From Marsupella aquatica (lineage: Eukaryota > Plantae > Marchantiophyta): a DNA stretch of 64,000 nucleotides. Numbering within the stretch: position 1 is the stretch's first letter; each line of letters begins with the position of its first letter. This document shows positions 11,400-25,234 of the stretch, piece after piece. Location: positions 22,603,844 through 22,667,843 of the forward strand of contig OZ316893.1 of NCBI GenBank assembly GCA_973895155.1, in the 5' to 3' direction. Under the pieces are notes generated by a model. It saw only the letters and a program-made list of their open reading frames with translations, ran no database searches and was not told the origin of the DNA. Made by a program: the position numbers and the translations under genes.

Positions 11400-13645
11400 T
11401 GAAAGTATTTTAAAGGAATTGTGATACACATGTGAAAGATCATAGACCGAGCCAAGGCTCCAAGCATACGCACATGTATGAGTTTCCCTATCCAGAAAAA
11501 TATTTCACTTAGTAAAAAAAGGATGTCAAGTGGCAATATGAAAAATTCTTGTATAAAATATCTCAAGCCAAAGCTCCAAGTCGGCGCATGCAAGAATTCT
11601 TACATATCCCTCCATTTTAGAATAAAATGGTGGGCCTTGCCACCTAGCGCCCTCACCAATCCCAGCACTCACGCCTAAGTGCCCTTGGTGCCTGAATGCC
11701 TTCACGGACTCCTTGAGAAAGCAAAGAAACGGGTGCCCCTTGCATTGACTGCCTACGACCACTCCCATACAAAGTCGCGCTTGCCCCCTAACACGACCGC
11801 TACTCAACGGTCCTCATTGTCTGCACAGGCAACCAAGTACCTTGGGAAGCAACCCCATTAGATTTAGATCTCCTCATGCCTAGGATCCTAGCTCAAGCTC
11901 AACAGACATTGGTAAGTAGGTCAGCGATAGGTCCTCCCGTTGCCATAAGCCGGAACCAGAACCAACACCCACTATTTAATCTGAACAACAGCTCCTTCCT
12001 CGGGTGCGGCCCGGGTTCCTCCTTGTACCTATCCATCACCAACTGACCGCCCTGCCCCCAGGACATGTTCATGGCCCAAATAGCATAGCTTGTCCTAAAG
12101 CTTGTCCCAACACGCATTGACCAGAATGACTCTACTAAACAACTCCTGGTACTCGCCCCACTAATGCTTAGGGGCCAAGTGCACTTGGAACTCAATCTTT
12201 ATGTGTACTTGGTCTTGCCTCCCTAACGCAAGTTCCCTTAGGAGACTGAACGCGACTTGGCTACTATTTTGGCAGGATTCGACAAACTGAGAAATGGGCC
12301 CAGTAGACCACAACTATACATGGCACCCCTAGACCCAGATGAGCTCAAGAGGGTGTATTCCTCCTTGAGAGTTTTCCAACGCACCTAAGAAGTCCTCCAA
12401 CGGATTTCTCATTTTTCCTTAGTGTTGCGACCACCTCGGCTCATGACTTCAGCTCGCCCTTAGCCCCCATGGAGACACCACTCCCCTCATATATGATTCT
12501 GGAGACCTGCCACCCCTGGGCCAACTTTGGTCCCCAAATTTTGGACCCCCACCTAGACCCCAACCCGCACGTCTGGGTGTGCCACCAACTGACTATGCCC
12601 ATAACTTTCTACTTGGGCATCCGTAAGCAGAGTGCCTTAGCCCATTGTGATTGGGCCGACCCAATGCTCATGCCTAGGCCCTCAGATCCCATCGTTTCCC
12701 GAGGCCCCCGATCGGCCAAACTCGGATCAGGCCGTAACTCGTGCCCCAAGCGTTCGTTGCCCATGGAGTAAACTTTATTGGCCTTGGGCCCAAGTGGAGC
12801 TCTCACTCAAGTCCTCAAGAACTCAAAGTCCGTCCGGGGGTCCGGACGGTCAACCTTGAGCCCGGCCCTTTCCCGTGACCCGACTGGACCTCAGCTAGCC
12901 TAAGTCTTAGTGTATGTCACCGGCTTAACGTCTTGCCATGCCCATTGCCCACAAGCCCCCCCCATGCTAAATCCTCCCCGGATGGCCATTCTGGGCCTGG
13001 ACCATAGGGGAGCTCGGCGTCGGAGTCAGCGATGTTGGAGCTAAGTGTTAAGGTAGTGTCAAGTTCCGTGACTAATACGTACAATGGGAATTATAAAACA
13101 ATCACAAAAAATTAAGGAAGCAAAACCAACACTAAAACAAATCAAAATTTCAATTACAACCAAAGCTTACCTTTCTAGTTTTTCTCCCCATTAGCCAAGG
13201 TACTCAAGAGTTGTACTTGCACAATGATAGAAAATCTCAAAGGTCTCCCCTTTTATCCCCTTGCCATGACCAAAAGCCTGCCCTCTTCCTGGTGGACCCG
13301 ACCCTTCGAAACCTAACCCTCGCGGCAGCCGGTTGACTCGCCCCCACCCAACCCCTAACCCTAATCCCGGAAGCCCCAACCCCTTCTTCCCGGCCCAGGC
13401 CCGCCCTGACCTCGCCCCCACCCAGCCGGACCCTTCTCCCCGACTGCGGTTCAAGAGAGTCCGGGACCAGGCCAAGAGGGTTCAGGAGAGTTTGGGACAG
13501 CACTGGGAGTGGTTTGGGAAAGTTTAGGCCCAGCCGGGGAATATAGATAAATATCCAACATTTGATCCCTTTTGGAGCCGACAAATGACAAGTTGTCGTG
13601 TCCGACAACACGACAACATGCCCAACTGTTCAAATGGGGCAAGAG
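11400..13645 (-). mobile_element. Degenerate TE-like remnant, family unresolved
   Basis: GC-rich stretch with stop-riddled coding-like texture, an intron donor (cttacc at ~13167) and a GC/aaccct-rich leader at 13300-13540. No diagnostic motif. Confidence 0.3.
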
Positions 13646-14162
13646 CTTGACTCAAGCTTCCCATTTTTCAAAGGGGTGATTATGATTACAAATAAATATG
13701 TCTCACTCAAATGTAGATATGAGATACAATATAGGTCCAGTCGTCATTTCTTTGAAGGTGTCTTGGTGCTGTTATTTGCATGCACTTTGCTGACTGGCAT
13801 GCTCACTTGCAAGTCAAAAATAAATAAAATTCTTGCCAATATAATTTACTGACCCTAATATCTGCTATATGGCCAAATCCATCTTCCAGTAGTTTGTCTC
13901 ACTAAGGTTTTTGTTATATATATATTATTTATTTATTTCAATGTGCCATCACAAGGTGCATCACTTGTATGATTTAGATTTTAAAATATTTTGGAACCTC
14001 TCCAAATTTGTTTGATCTTGCTATCCTAGAGCTCTCCTGTCCCACTACATTTAATCTTCAATACATTGCATCTTACTAACCCCTTAGCAAATTTTATGGA
14101 ATTTCTGTTAGTTTTAGTGAATGAGAGAGAGAATTAGTGTTGTGGACACTTCTTCTTTAGAC

Positions 14163-14362
14163 CACACCTGCCCCTATAAAGGGCTACGGGTAACCCATAG
14201 CTCTCATTTTGAAGAGTACAAGTTCAGAAATGTGTTTTGAGCTCCACAAAAGGTGCTGACTGCAAAAGCTTTTTTGGTAAGTACTCCACAAAAGGTGCTA
14301 GTGTTCCACCTTTTATGGTGAGTAGTGAGACATGGAATGAGTCTTTTATAGTGGCAGGTGGG
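14163..14362. mobile_element. Small MITE-like element
   Basis: Terminal inverted repeats cacctgcccctataaag / ttttatagtggcaggtg. Internal direct repeat ctccacaaaaggtgct occurs twice. Confidence 0.55.
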
Positions 14363-15513
14363 TTTAAGTAATCCTATTACTTTTATCTGCTAAGATTATG
14401 GTTTTTATTGCCACTACCTAAGGCAAGGGAGGATCTCTATAAGTTATGTGCACAATTTGCAATTGATGTGAGCGCCATTAAGTGACAATCCGTTCCCTAG
14501 CTATGTGCACAACTCTTCAATCCTTGTACTTTTACTGGTCATTTTGTGAATTGTACTTTAATTTGGCATGTGCAATACTTATCCCACTCAATCCTTTCAA
14601 ATATTGTGCAACAACATTTGTCCTGCAGATAATCACACATCAAAATGTGGTAACATAAGGTGTGCACTCATTGACACAGAAAATAAAGAGGTTTAATTAT
14701 CATGGTATGGAGTGATGTTATACAGCATATATATCATATTTTGATGAGCACTTACCGGTCGGGCGCTCTTTCCGATTGCGGTGCTCACTAGAGGGGTGCT
14801 CTGAGGACAAGGTGTAAAATGCACCATGTGCATGAGGGGCACCTGGATGGGGGGGAGGGGGGGGGGGTAACAGTAGTGACCAAGGTTACGGTAAAGTAAA
14901 CGTTGTTCAAGGTTGCCATCAATATAAAGCAAATACCTTCGTGTATGGATCATATCACGATGAATTGCACGAGAGATCATTGTAGTTTGGAGAAGTAGAT
15001 CGCGAGTAGGCCCCATAAAATCCCAGGTGCATACGTCCAATCAAGAGTAGGACCCCAACATTTGCACATCGATCACTACAAGACAACAACAGCAACAAAT
15101 GAAGCATGTATGTTCCAGGATGAACATGCTGTATTGCCAAAAGCAGAGGGGTGCCTAAGTCTTCATCCAATTGGTGAACCTTGTGTAGATATCCAAAGTA
15201 GTTATGGTCATCCCAATCTTATTTACTTCCTATAATCCACTGATACCGTAGGAAACGTTGACTTCATCCAAAGCATCAGTCACTCCCTCCACGTGCTGAA
15301 GGCGTCACATGCCAGTTTGTGAATCAATCAGTGCTTGTGATGACCTCTCTGTCTAGAGACAGTTGATGATTTTCACTGTGATAACAAACAACAAACAAAT
15401 TTACTCTTACAAGCAAAAAATTTCTTGTTACAAACAAAACTTTATTGTTACCAGCAAAACATACAATCTAAAATTTTGCCATTAAAGTCATAGTTTCCAA
15501 ATAATTTAAAACA

Positions 15514-15786
15514 AGACAGTTCTTTGCTAGTGTCATATGAGACTATTACTAGCTGGAGTGTTAGCAAAAAAATATAGACTACAAAAAAAATTCAAAATTT
15601 TCTTTCCAAAAGTAAATTTCAAAAAGATTTCCAAAAAATTTACCATCTACAGACAGTTCTTTGCTAGTGTTAGATGATACTATTACTAGCTCGAGTGATA
15701 GCAAAAAAATATAGACTACAAAAAAAATTCAATATTTTCTTTCCAAAAGTAAATTTCAAAAAGATTTCCAAAAACTTTACCATCTA
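15514..15786 (+). repeat. Tandem duplication, 2 x ~137 bp, upstream of the NLR-like gene
   Basis: agacagttctttgctagtgt...tttaccatcta occurs twice, nearly identical. Confidence 0.9.
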
Positions 15787-16324
15787 TTTGTTACTAGGAG
15801 TAACTATTTGTTGTTTGCTCTCAAGGTGATTATAGAGTTCTTTGTGCTCGGTATCTATTCATCTCTCTCCAATATTGGGTCAGGTTCGCAGCAAAGTATA
15901 AAGCTCGTGTCGAAGCGAAAGCGAAACCTCAGATGAGTACACGTTTGCATCTCTTTCGCAGACAACGAGAGCAGTCCTGGTTCACCAAACTCCTATCAAT
16001 TGGAGTCGGCAAACGCTCATAATCGAGCTCATACTCCGGCTCTATGAATGGAGCGTAAATCATTACATGCATCCGAATCCTCCACTGATTGATCACGGAT
16101 GGTTCTCCTTCCTGAAATTGAGATAACAGAAACAGATCCGAAACTGTTTCTGTGAGAACCGGATCTCCTTCCTTTCAGCAATTGAGTTTTCCGCATTTCG
16201 GTCCTTTAACATCACTTGCCCCATCGCCGCGAGGTAAAGATAGGGTTCTGGGATCGGAGAATTGCACCACTGCATTCTCGATAGAAAAGCTGAGCCAGCG
16301 AGTTAGAGAAGCGAAGTAATTACG

Positions 16325-19300
16325 ATGGCTTCAGAAGTGAATGCTGTGGTAAACCTCGTGGTGAAAGCCACTTCGTTTCTCGCTCAGCTGCAGGATGGGT
16401 GGTACAAAGGATCGGTGGAGCTTGATACACTCCAGAGCAAGCTTTGGGTCCTCAGGGCAAGGCATGGGCAGTGGAACGAACAGCTGCAGAAATATGGGAT
16501 TTCTGAGGACAAGTATATACTGCCTCTAGTGGAGGAAGCCGCGAAAGCTCTCGAGATCTTCCAGAACCAAGTTGCGCAGCTCCAGAAATCCTCATTAAGG
16601 CGTTGGAAGAAGAAGGTGTTCCCTGGTCAGCTCCTGTTCCTTGTGAATAAGATCTTTGAAATAGTGGATGCTGGCCCTCAATTGCTTGCAACCACTGTTG
16701 CCAACAACGATCAATTGGAAAGGTATTTGCGACAGACGCCGGCCCAATTGCCATTTGGTCCTGATCTAAACTACGTGCCAAATACAGATTCGATTTTGGC
16801 AGTCCGAAATACATTGGAGAATTCAGAAGGACCCCGAGTAGTGACAGTTTATGGCGGCCCAGGAATGGGGAAGAGCAGCCTATTGAAATATTTGGCAATT
16901 CAGTACCAAGAAGAGCAGAAGAGACTCCGAGCCGATGCATCTTTCCCTCATGGTGTCTACTACCTCTTTTGCGGACAGCATGCAGGGAAGAGAGTAACCC
17001 AGTTGCTACTCGAACTGCTGGGGAACCTTGGATATGGAACTGGATGTGTAGCGCCAAATGACTCTCACTGGATGTGTAGCGGGTTACAAGAAGAGGATTA
17101 CATCAGTCTGCGTACAAATCAAATAAAACTCAGGTCCCGTTTGGCTGAGCAGAAATTGCTCATTATGTTGGATGATTTGTGGGAGCTTAAGGTATTGCTG
17201 GAGCTCTTAGTTCCTGCAAAGGAGGTAAAGTATTTGGTCACCTCTCAAATGAGAGACATCTGCAGTACTGCTGGAAAGATCCAGATAACAGAGCCTACCC
17301 TCCGAGAATGTCGGCAGATCATGGCGAATTATACCGACGGACTTGCCAAAACGGGTGAATTTCCTCAAAATATTGAGGTCAGTACGTAGGCTTTATAACT
17401 GTGTTCGTCTTGTTTGCACTGTTGATTTCACTGGAAAGCCGCAGAGTACCTTATATTAATTGCCATTGGTCATATAGCCACGGATCATGAGTCCAATTGT
17501 CATTCGTTAAGCAATCCCTGTAATATTTCCAATTCGAGCAATGGTGTGGCTGACGCTTAACACAATTACACTTGCCTCTGGCAGAGCGTGGCAGATGGTA
17601 TTATTAGAATGTTACAATACCATCCGCTCTCGTTGGCCAACACTGGCATCAGCATAAACAGGAGTCGGGCAACTGATATCAAACAGTGGGATGTGATAAA
17701 GAAACATATATATGTGCACCTTGATGAGAATGAGTCTCATAGCCCGGCTGCCTATGACAGGCCATACAGTCTCTCCGTCAGTGCATCGATGATGCTGATG
17801 GTGGAGTCGCTACCTGCAGAGGCACAGCGGCTCCTTTTCTTGATGGCTTTGTTGGAGGGTCGAGAGTTGCCTGAATCGCTGGTGAAATATTTCTATAGCT
17901 TTATTCAAAAGGATAATTTTGTGTTGAAGTATAATAAACATGAGAGGTGTTTGCAAGACAAGTCACTGATTGAATTGAAAGTGCGAGCAGATGGGTCAAT
18001 TCTGGACATTCATAGGTTGAGGGCGCACTGCATTAGAGAGAGAAAAAGTCCTGAACTGCGACTTATAGGTTCTCAAATATTAGCTTTCCCTGAGTATCAA
18101 GACGTCGCTAAGCTTATTAGGACAGGGAATGCAGAGGAAACATTGGTCACTTTTTTGAGCGCAATGTACTACGATCAATCGCTCAGAGATGTGGTAGCGG
18201 GCACTTTGGGCAACCATGTTAGTTTAATTAATGATGGGGTCATTCCACGGAGCTTGACCACAGAGACCGACACACTTGATCTTGTTGAGAGTGTAAGACG
18301 AAAACACTTCCAAATCCAGGACCTTGTTTGGCTCTTGAATGCTGATCATGAGGAAGACAATTGGAAACGAGAAGCCCACGAGTTGGCGAAGAAGGTATGG
18401 TTCATATTGCCTTGGATCAACTTGAAATGTCTCATTTTTATTTTTTTTGCCTCGAAAAGTTTCAATGAATTACAATCTTTGAAACAGAATATATATGTCT
18501 GAGTTGTTTAAATACAAATAGACGGGAATGCAAGCCCTGCAATAGTGAATTCTCTAAAATTGTTTAAATCGTATAGATTGACGGGAATGCACCCAATGTT
18601 GAGCTCTTCCATTTTGAAATCAGTCGCGCAGTGCGGCTTATTACTAAAGATCTCCTTGGGTGAAACTAAAGATGGAATAATTAATTTGGCGTCTACCTAA
18701 ATTATAGTAACCGAGAAACACGATGTTCTGAATAGGCTTTGCGGACGCATCACATTGTATAATTCTGAAATGAGTGAAGTTTTGTTGCAGTTTGATACTT
18801 CTCACATTTATCACTTACTGTACTTGGGGTTTTGGATGGTTGTGACAGATTATTATCAAGTTCGTTTGCCAAGGGAAATTGGAGGACAATAGTATGGCGC
18901 TGCTCCTCCGACTCCCCCAGACCACCTCAGCAGCATGTGGAGCACTCAGGGCACTCTCTCGTTGCCACGCAGTAGATTTCATTAAGCGCAATTTAAATTT
19001 TTCAGAAGCATATGCTGAGACGATGCAAGCTCTGCTGGATTTATTCGAAAACAATGCCATATCATTGGAAGAACGAACAGATGTCATCACTACTCTTCTG
19101 CTTGTTCTTGATTACGAAAGCAAGGACTACATCCGCAAATTCGCCGCCAAGTATCAGACGCTCCTTGCCATGAACTTCGATAATAATTTTCTTCATGCTT
19201 TGACATATGCGCTGGGACGGAGAGGGATGCGTACGATGGCAGAGTTTCCTGGAATTTTGGAGTCACTCTTTGCAGTACTAGAAGAAACCGGGAATGATGA

Positions 19301-20858
19301 AGAGCTCAGAGAAGAGGCATCACACGTCATATGTGATCTCTGCGAGGACATACATCTTGCCATGAAAATTGCTGCTTTGCCGGAGGCTCTTAAGACGCTC
19401 TTCCATTCTTTCTTATCGGATGACTCCCTCTCAGCACTCCAACGAGAACTCCGAGGGAACGTGGGAGAAGCCCTGTATTGCCTATCATTTGTGCCGGAGA
19501 ACAGGACCAAAGTAGGGGCAACAGAAGGCATCTGGAATGGCCTGGCAGGCATTCTCACCGAGCTGGAGGAGGTTTGGTGGGCCATTCGTGAGGACGATGA
19601 TCTTCGGAGTGTGGAAGAACTGGCTCGTGTAGCCGCAGGAGTTCTAGGGTCTCTGGCGTTGGAGAAGGATCATAGCGACACCATACATCTATTGCCTGAC
19701 CTTAGGTCCGGTTTGCTGTTCTTGCAGCTTATCGAGACGGTTAGAACTTATACCCGCCCTCTTGAATACAGCGACCCCGGCTCTCATGTATTTACCAGGT
19801 TTAATTCTACAAGAGCATTGATAACACTGTACTCTGAAGCACCTGGAGACCCAAGGTCAGCCGACCTCCCAGGTATACAAGACGTGTTGAACGTGGTACT
19901 TTCTCACCCCGGAGCTGCTCCGTCGACGACGTCTTCAATGGACGAAACATGTTATTTGAGCCTGTCATGGACTCGAGTTCTGGTATATATGCAGATGGGA
20001 TCCTATGCAGAAGCCCTCAACAATCTAGATGTGTACCTGATCCCAAAACTGGATATGTGGGATCCGCAATATGTCTTTTCTTCTTTGAGGCTCTCGGAAT
20101 CTAACTTGGTCTTCAGTCCCTATTGTGGTTTGTTTCGGTGAGGACCCTGCTTCCCTTGTATTCTTTGAAGAAATCCATGTATGCCCCACTCAGTTCAGGT
20201 TACTTGAAGGTATTTTGTTTCGTCATGTCGAACATCTTGTCAGTCACGGACCTTCATCCCGGTCTTAATTAGTCACAGTCACTAATAATATATGGTTTGA
20301 CGTTGACAGCATCCCTGGAAAATCCACTCATTCCAATCAGCGAGCCTTGGGTTTTGTACGAGATGTGCACTTGTACGTAGCATTTTCCTAGCACTGCTCA
20401 GTATGCAGTTGAACTAACTTAAGCTGATATCTACTTGCAGGGATGCTCGGATATTCCTTCAGGCTATGCTGGGGGACTATGCAGGAGCGTTGCTAGGTGC
20501 AAACAGAAGAGTCCAAGAAAACTACCGCAGGGTGTACTTGGCAGAAAGGGGAGTACTGAAGAGGCTTGCTGGAGATTTGCAAGGAGCCCTGGCTGACTTA
20601 GATGCAGCCTCCGTGGGATCATTCCAAATTTGGGCTAAACAGGTCCTATGGCAACGAGGTTATGTGAAGTATTTGATGGACGACACGGTTGGGGCCAAGG
20701 ATGACGCAGAAACAGCACAACGTTATGCAGTGTATACAACTTATCGTGAAACATCACTTGAGTTTTTGCTGCTATGCAAGATACCAGTGACATATTTGGG
20801 GTACTCGAAGGAGTCTTTCTGTCTGCGTGTGATAGAGTACCCTGTCTTCCCTGTGTGA
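16325..20858 (+). CDS. NLR-like STAND ATPase: helical N-terminal domain, NB-ARC, armadillo-like repeats, TPR; ~1189 aa; exons 16325-17377, 17585-18394, 18849-20137, 20441-20858
   Basis: P-loop GGPGMGKS, Walker B LLIMLDDLW, RNBS-B KYLVTS, GLPL-like HPLSL, MHD-position DIHR. ARM-like segments (EALYCLSFVPENRTKVG; AAGVLGSLAL) and TPR-like segments (ERGVLKRLAGDLQGALADLDAA; QRGYVKYLM). All three GT-AG introns keep frame and sit at the same positions in the paralogue. Confidence 0.9.
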
Positions 20859-21051
20859 TCGACTGCTATCTTTCGTTTAAGGTTTCTCCGGTTACTTGTT
20901 TACCCATGTAAAATGCCGCAGGTGTTAGTCGGTGTCCTCACCACGTGTCATCACCTTAAGAAGTCTCCGGTTAGCTTTATCATGTGATATGCAGTGGGTG
21001 TGAAGTTGTTGAACTCACCACGGTCATTGTTTGAACTGTTCGCTGTTTGTC

Positions 21052-22032
21052 GAGCGCGTCTTTTATCCGGTTCGGGTGTTGGTTCGGGGGCTTGGTTATC
21101 TGCGAGCCCATTGTGGGCCCCCTTTCGTATGAGTTCTTTTGTCTTCACCACTTCCATGCGCGGAGACTTGGTCTTCCCCACCCATGCCTACTTGGGCAAC
21201 CCACATGCGTTTGTGGAGCACCCTTGGATAGGGGGGGGAATCCATATCCTACGATGTGGTCATGGTAGTGAGCGGACGGCGACACACGATGACATCTGGG
21301 ATGTGGTAGCCGCCATCACTCGTGATTCCGGGTATCATGTTATGATGTAGCAACGACATGTGTTACCACCCCGGGATGGAGTACCGGACAGGCATCGGGC
21401 CGATTTGGTTTTCTCTCGCGCTGGTGTTCGTGCCCTTGGGGATGTGGTTGTTGCTGACCCCACGAGCGGAGCCAATTTGGCGTCCGGTGCCCACATCCCA
21501 GGTCATGCTGCCACGAGGGCTGCTCGCCTCAAGGAGGAGGCTTATGCTACTCGTTACCCAGAGGACCTTTTCTACCCGTTTGCCGTGGAGGTCTTTGGAG
21601 CGCTACACCCGACTTTTGACCAGTTCTTGCGCTCCTGTGCGGTTCATTATATCGAGCGGCGGCCTTATCCACCCGTCTCTGTTATCACATCCTTTTTTAG
21701 ACAGAGGGTATCCATTGCACTTCAGCAAGCACAGGCCTTCACTATCCTTCGTAGAGGCGAGGCGGTTGGAGTCCGGGCATCTAGTCGGATTCCATTGCTT
21801 GACCCCCTATGTAGTTCACGACGGAGCTTTATCAGGCCCTCCACTTTGCCGTTGGGTAGTCTTTAGGTTTGTGTGTCCTTTGTTCTCCTTGGGCTGGGCT
21901 TGTGCCTGGTCTTTTTTGGTTTTGCTCTTTGGCCTTTTGGCCTTTTTCTTGTTTCCCTTGATTGGGTTTTTTGGCCTGTGGGATCCTGTCTCCCGGTTCA
22001 GCGCCTCCTGCTCTTTGGCAGTTTCATATATA
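21052..22032 (+). mobile_element. 5'-truncated CRE-like retrotransposon copy (endonuclease plus 3' UTR)
   Basis: Highly similar to the reverse complement of ~1280-2255, ends in an (AT)n tail, and has the 8-bp TSD tgtttgtc at 21044-21051 and 22033-22040. Lies ~190 bp after the NLR stop codon. Confidence 0.9.
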
Positions 22033-22929
22033 TGTTTGTCCCTTAAGGAGTTCATGTCTTTCGCTTTTCAAATGTCTCGGATCTCTGCGGGGAATTCAGG
22101 TCTTAAGGTTCACCTCTCTCTCCCCTGCATTATGGATCAGAGAACATTTCTAAGTTTGTCACTATGTCGTTTCTCTTCAAGTAAAGGCGGAAAATAAAGA
22201 TCTGTACACAATTACTTCTCAAAGCAATTGTCATTGTGACAGTGTCTATGATAACCCACTCAAAATTATGAAGTAAGAAAATTCATCACTGCAAAGGCTC
22301 ATTTAACCCCCCCCCCCCCCCCCCAAACCCCACAACTGCACGATCGATCAAGGACCATGGGTAACGCAATTTCATCCAAGTCTAGCTTACCTTAATCAAG
22401 GTTAACCTGTAAACTATATAAGGGAGAAAGGGGATGACATTATCACTTTAATACATATTGCTTTAGTATTACTAACTAGTGATATGATATACCAGGGTTA
22501 TATATTTACGGACTTTGAACATCGCGCCATGTTAACGATTTCTGCCACAAACATGAATGGTGATGTTTGTAGTAACAACTAAACATGCCCACTCCCCTGG
22601 CCAACTCACCTAAGCCAATTGCTTTTGCTTTGTGTATTTCTAGGGAGGTCAAACTAGCAGGGACAAATTCAATCCCCGGGTCATTTTTGTATTGTTAAGA
22701 ATGTACTCCACCAGAAGGGATTGAAGCATACGGTGAATTGTTTGGTTATTAACCCTACCCTCATTACCCATTCATTGCTACTATGGTCAGGTTACTACCA
22801 TCGTGGTCGATCATGTGGTCTAGTTGACATTGAGTTGCTGTGAGGTAACTAAGTTGGAGTTAAGAAGTCCCACACAATTAAAGTAGCTTTTAGTTGACCT
22901 GGGTGTGGTAAAGTTTTGGAAACGACAAG

Positions 22930-23170
22930 TTGTGGTCTTTTGGAAAGACCCTTTCCGGGGTGCAAACCCAAAAAAGAATAATGTAGCGAACTAATTCGTG
23001 TACTTTGTTGTTGACGACTTCAAGTGATGTTTTTTTTATCTTACTGTGTTTCATAAATATGTTGGTTTTTCTGCCTGAGACCGTTCTCCATACGCATCCT
23101 CTTCTCATCGAGGGTTGACTAGTAACATTTTGGAGGTCTACAAAGTAGGTAAACTTTTGTTCTTTTTCGA
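22930..23170 (+). repeat. ~230-bp repeat, direct copy at 25235-25452
   Basis: Shared core ccatacgcatcctcttctcat..ga..ttgacta..acattttggag.tctacaaagta. Confidence 0.8.
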
Positions 23171-23214
23171 CGAGGGCTCTAGCTTAGATGGTGCTCTCCA
23201 ATTTGAGTATGTTG

Positions 23215-24970
23215 AGCAATAGTGAGCTCTGTGAAACTGTTCAGATCATATAGATTGACGTGAGTTCACTTAATCATGTTGAGCTCCTCCATTTTGGAAT
23301 CAGTCGTGCAGTGCGGCTTATTATTAAACACCTCTTTTGGTCATACGGAAAGATGACATTAATTTGGACTACACCTAAATTTTACCAACCGACAAACGCG
23401 TTGTTCTTAATAGGCTCTGCGTACGAATGACATTGTATAATTCTGAAGTGAGTGACGTTCCCTGTGACGTTTCTTTGCAATCTGGATAGTACCCACAAAT
23501 ATTTTTCATGACTGATACTCGGGGGTTTTGGGTGCTTGTGACAGATTATTATCAAGTTCGTTTGCCAAGGGAAATTGGAGGACAAAAGTATGGCACACCT
23601 CCTCCGACTCCCCCAGACAACGTCAATAGCATGTGGAGCACTCAGGGCTCTCTCTTATCGCCACCCAGTAGAGTTTTGTGAGCGCAATATAAATTTTTCA
23701 GAAGCATATGGTGAGACGCTGCAAACACTGTTGGATCTACCGTGACAAGCCATATCGATGTCTCAGCGACGATGGGTCGAAACTGCTCTTCTCACGGTTC
23801 TTGATTACGAAAACAAGGACTACCGCAACCTTGCCGCAAAGTATGAGAAGCATGTTGCCATGAAGTCCGATAGTAATCCTCCTCATGCTGTGACATATGC
23901 GCTGGCACGGATTTCCTGTGGTAGAGGAATTTTGGACTCACTCTTTGCGGTACTAGTAGAACCCGGGATTGATGACGAGCTCAGAGAAAATGCATCATAC
24001 TTCATAAGTGATCTCTGCCAGTACAGGCATCTTGCCCTCAAACTTCCTGTTTATTTACCGGAGGCTCTTAAGGCGCTCTCCCAGTTTTTCTCATCGGATG
24101 ACTCACTGTCAGCACTCCGACGAGCATTCCGAGGGAACGTGGGAGAAGCCTGTATGGCCTATCAATTGTGCCGGAGAACAGGATCAAACTAGGGGCAACC
24201 GAAGGCATCTGGGATGGCCTGGCAGGCATTCTCATCGAGCTGGAGGTTTGGTGGGCCATTCGTAAGGACGATGATCTTCGGAATGTGGAACGACTGGCTC
24301 GTGCAGCCGCAGGAGTTCTAGGGTCTCTTGCGTTGGATAAGGATCTTAGATTCTTAGAGACACCATACCTACATTGCCTGGCGTTAGGGACGGTTTGCTT
24401 TTCTTGCAACTTATCGAGACGGTAAGAGCTTACACCCGCCCTCTTGATTACAGTAGCGGCTGCCGTCATGTATGTACCTCTTTGTATTTTACAAGAGCAT
24501 TGATAACACTGTACTCTGAAGAACCTGAAGACCCAAGGTCAGCAGACCTCCCAGGTATACGAGACGTGTTGAACGTAGTACTTTCCTACCCGGGAGGTGC
24601 TCCGTCAATGACTTCTTCAACGGACGCGACATGTTATTTGAGCCTGTGTTGGACTCGAGTTCTGGCATATATGCAGATGGGATCCTATGAAGCCCTAATT
24701 AAGAATCTGGATCTGTACCTGATCCCAAAACTGGGGATGTGGAACCCGCAATTTCTATCTTCTCCTTTAGGGTACGGGGAATATGACTATCAATTTCGAC
24801 CATATTTTGGTTTGGTTAGGTGCGCACCCTGTTTCCCTTGTAATCTTTTAAGAAATCCATGTATGTCCCACTCAGTTCAGGTTGCTTGAAGGTGGTTTGT
24901 TTGTTTATGTCGATATCTTGTCAGTCACCGGTCTAAGCCCGGTCTTAAGTAGTCACAGTTCTTAAAATAT
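23215..24970 (+). pseudogene. Isolated duplicate of NLR exon 3 (23545-24819, ARM region) with parts of both flanking introns
   Basis: Colinear with ~18540-20295, with the same acceptor tgtgacag|attattatc. Contains an in-frame stop (~23743) and frameshifts that split it into ORFs 23758, 24168 and 24374. No NB-ARC or TPR exons adjacent. Confidence 0.85.
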
Positions 24971-25234
24971 GGATGTTTCCTAGAGCGATAATCCAAATCG
25001 GGAAGCAGCATCTAAGCTAGAGCCCTCCGGAAAAAGGAAGAAAACTTGAACTACTTGCTAGATCTCCTAAGTGTTGGTTCAATCTGAAACAAAATGTTTT
25101 TTTCTATGAGGCTATCCCAACCAATGCCTGTGCGTTGCGCATTTGATTGTCACTGTGGTCGTGTTGTCTTTGCCCCCGTGTTTGCATCGTGGTGAGTATC
25201 CTACACAGGTCAACGAAAAGCTCACGGGGTCTGT

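Noticed and set aside
14690-15350. Possible gene remnant upstream of the NLR
   Set aside because: Only short broken ORFs and no motif I could identify.
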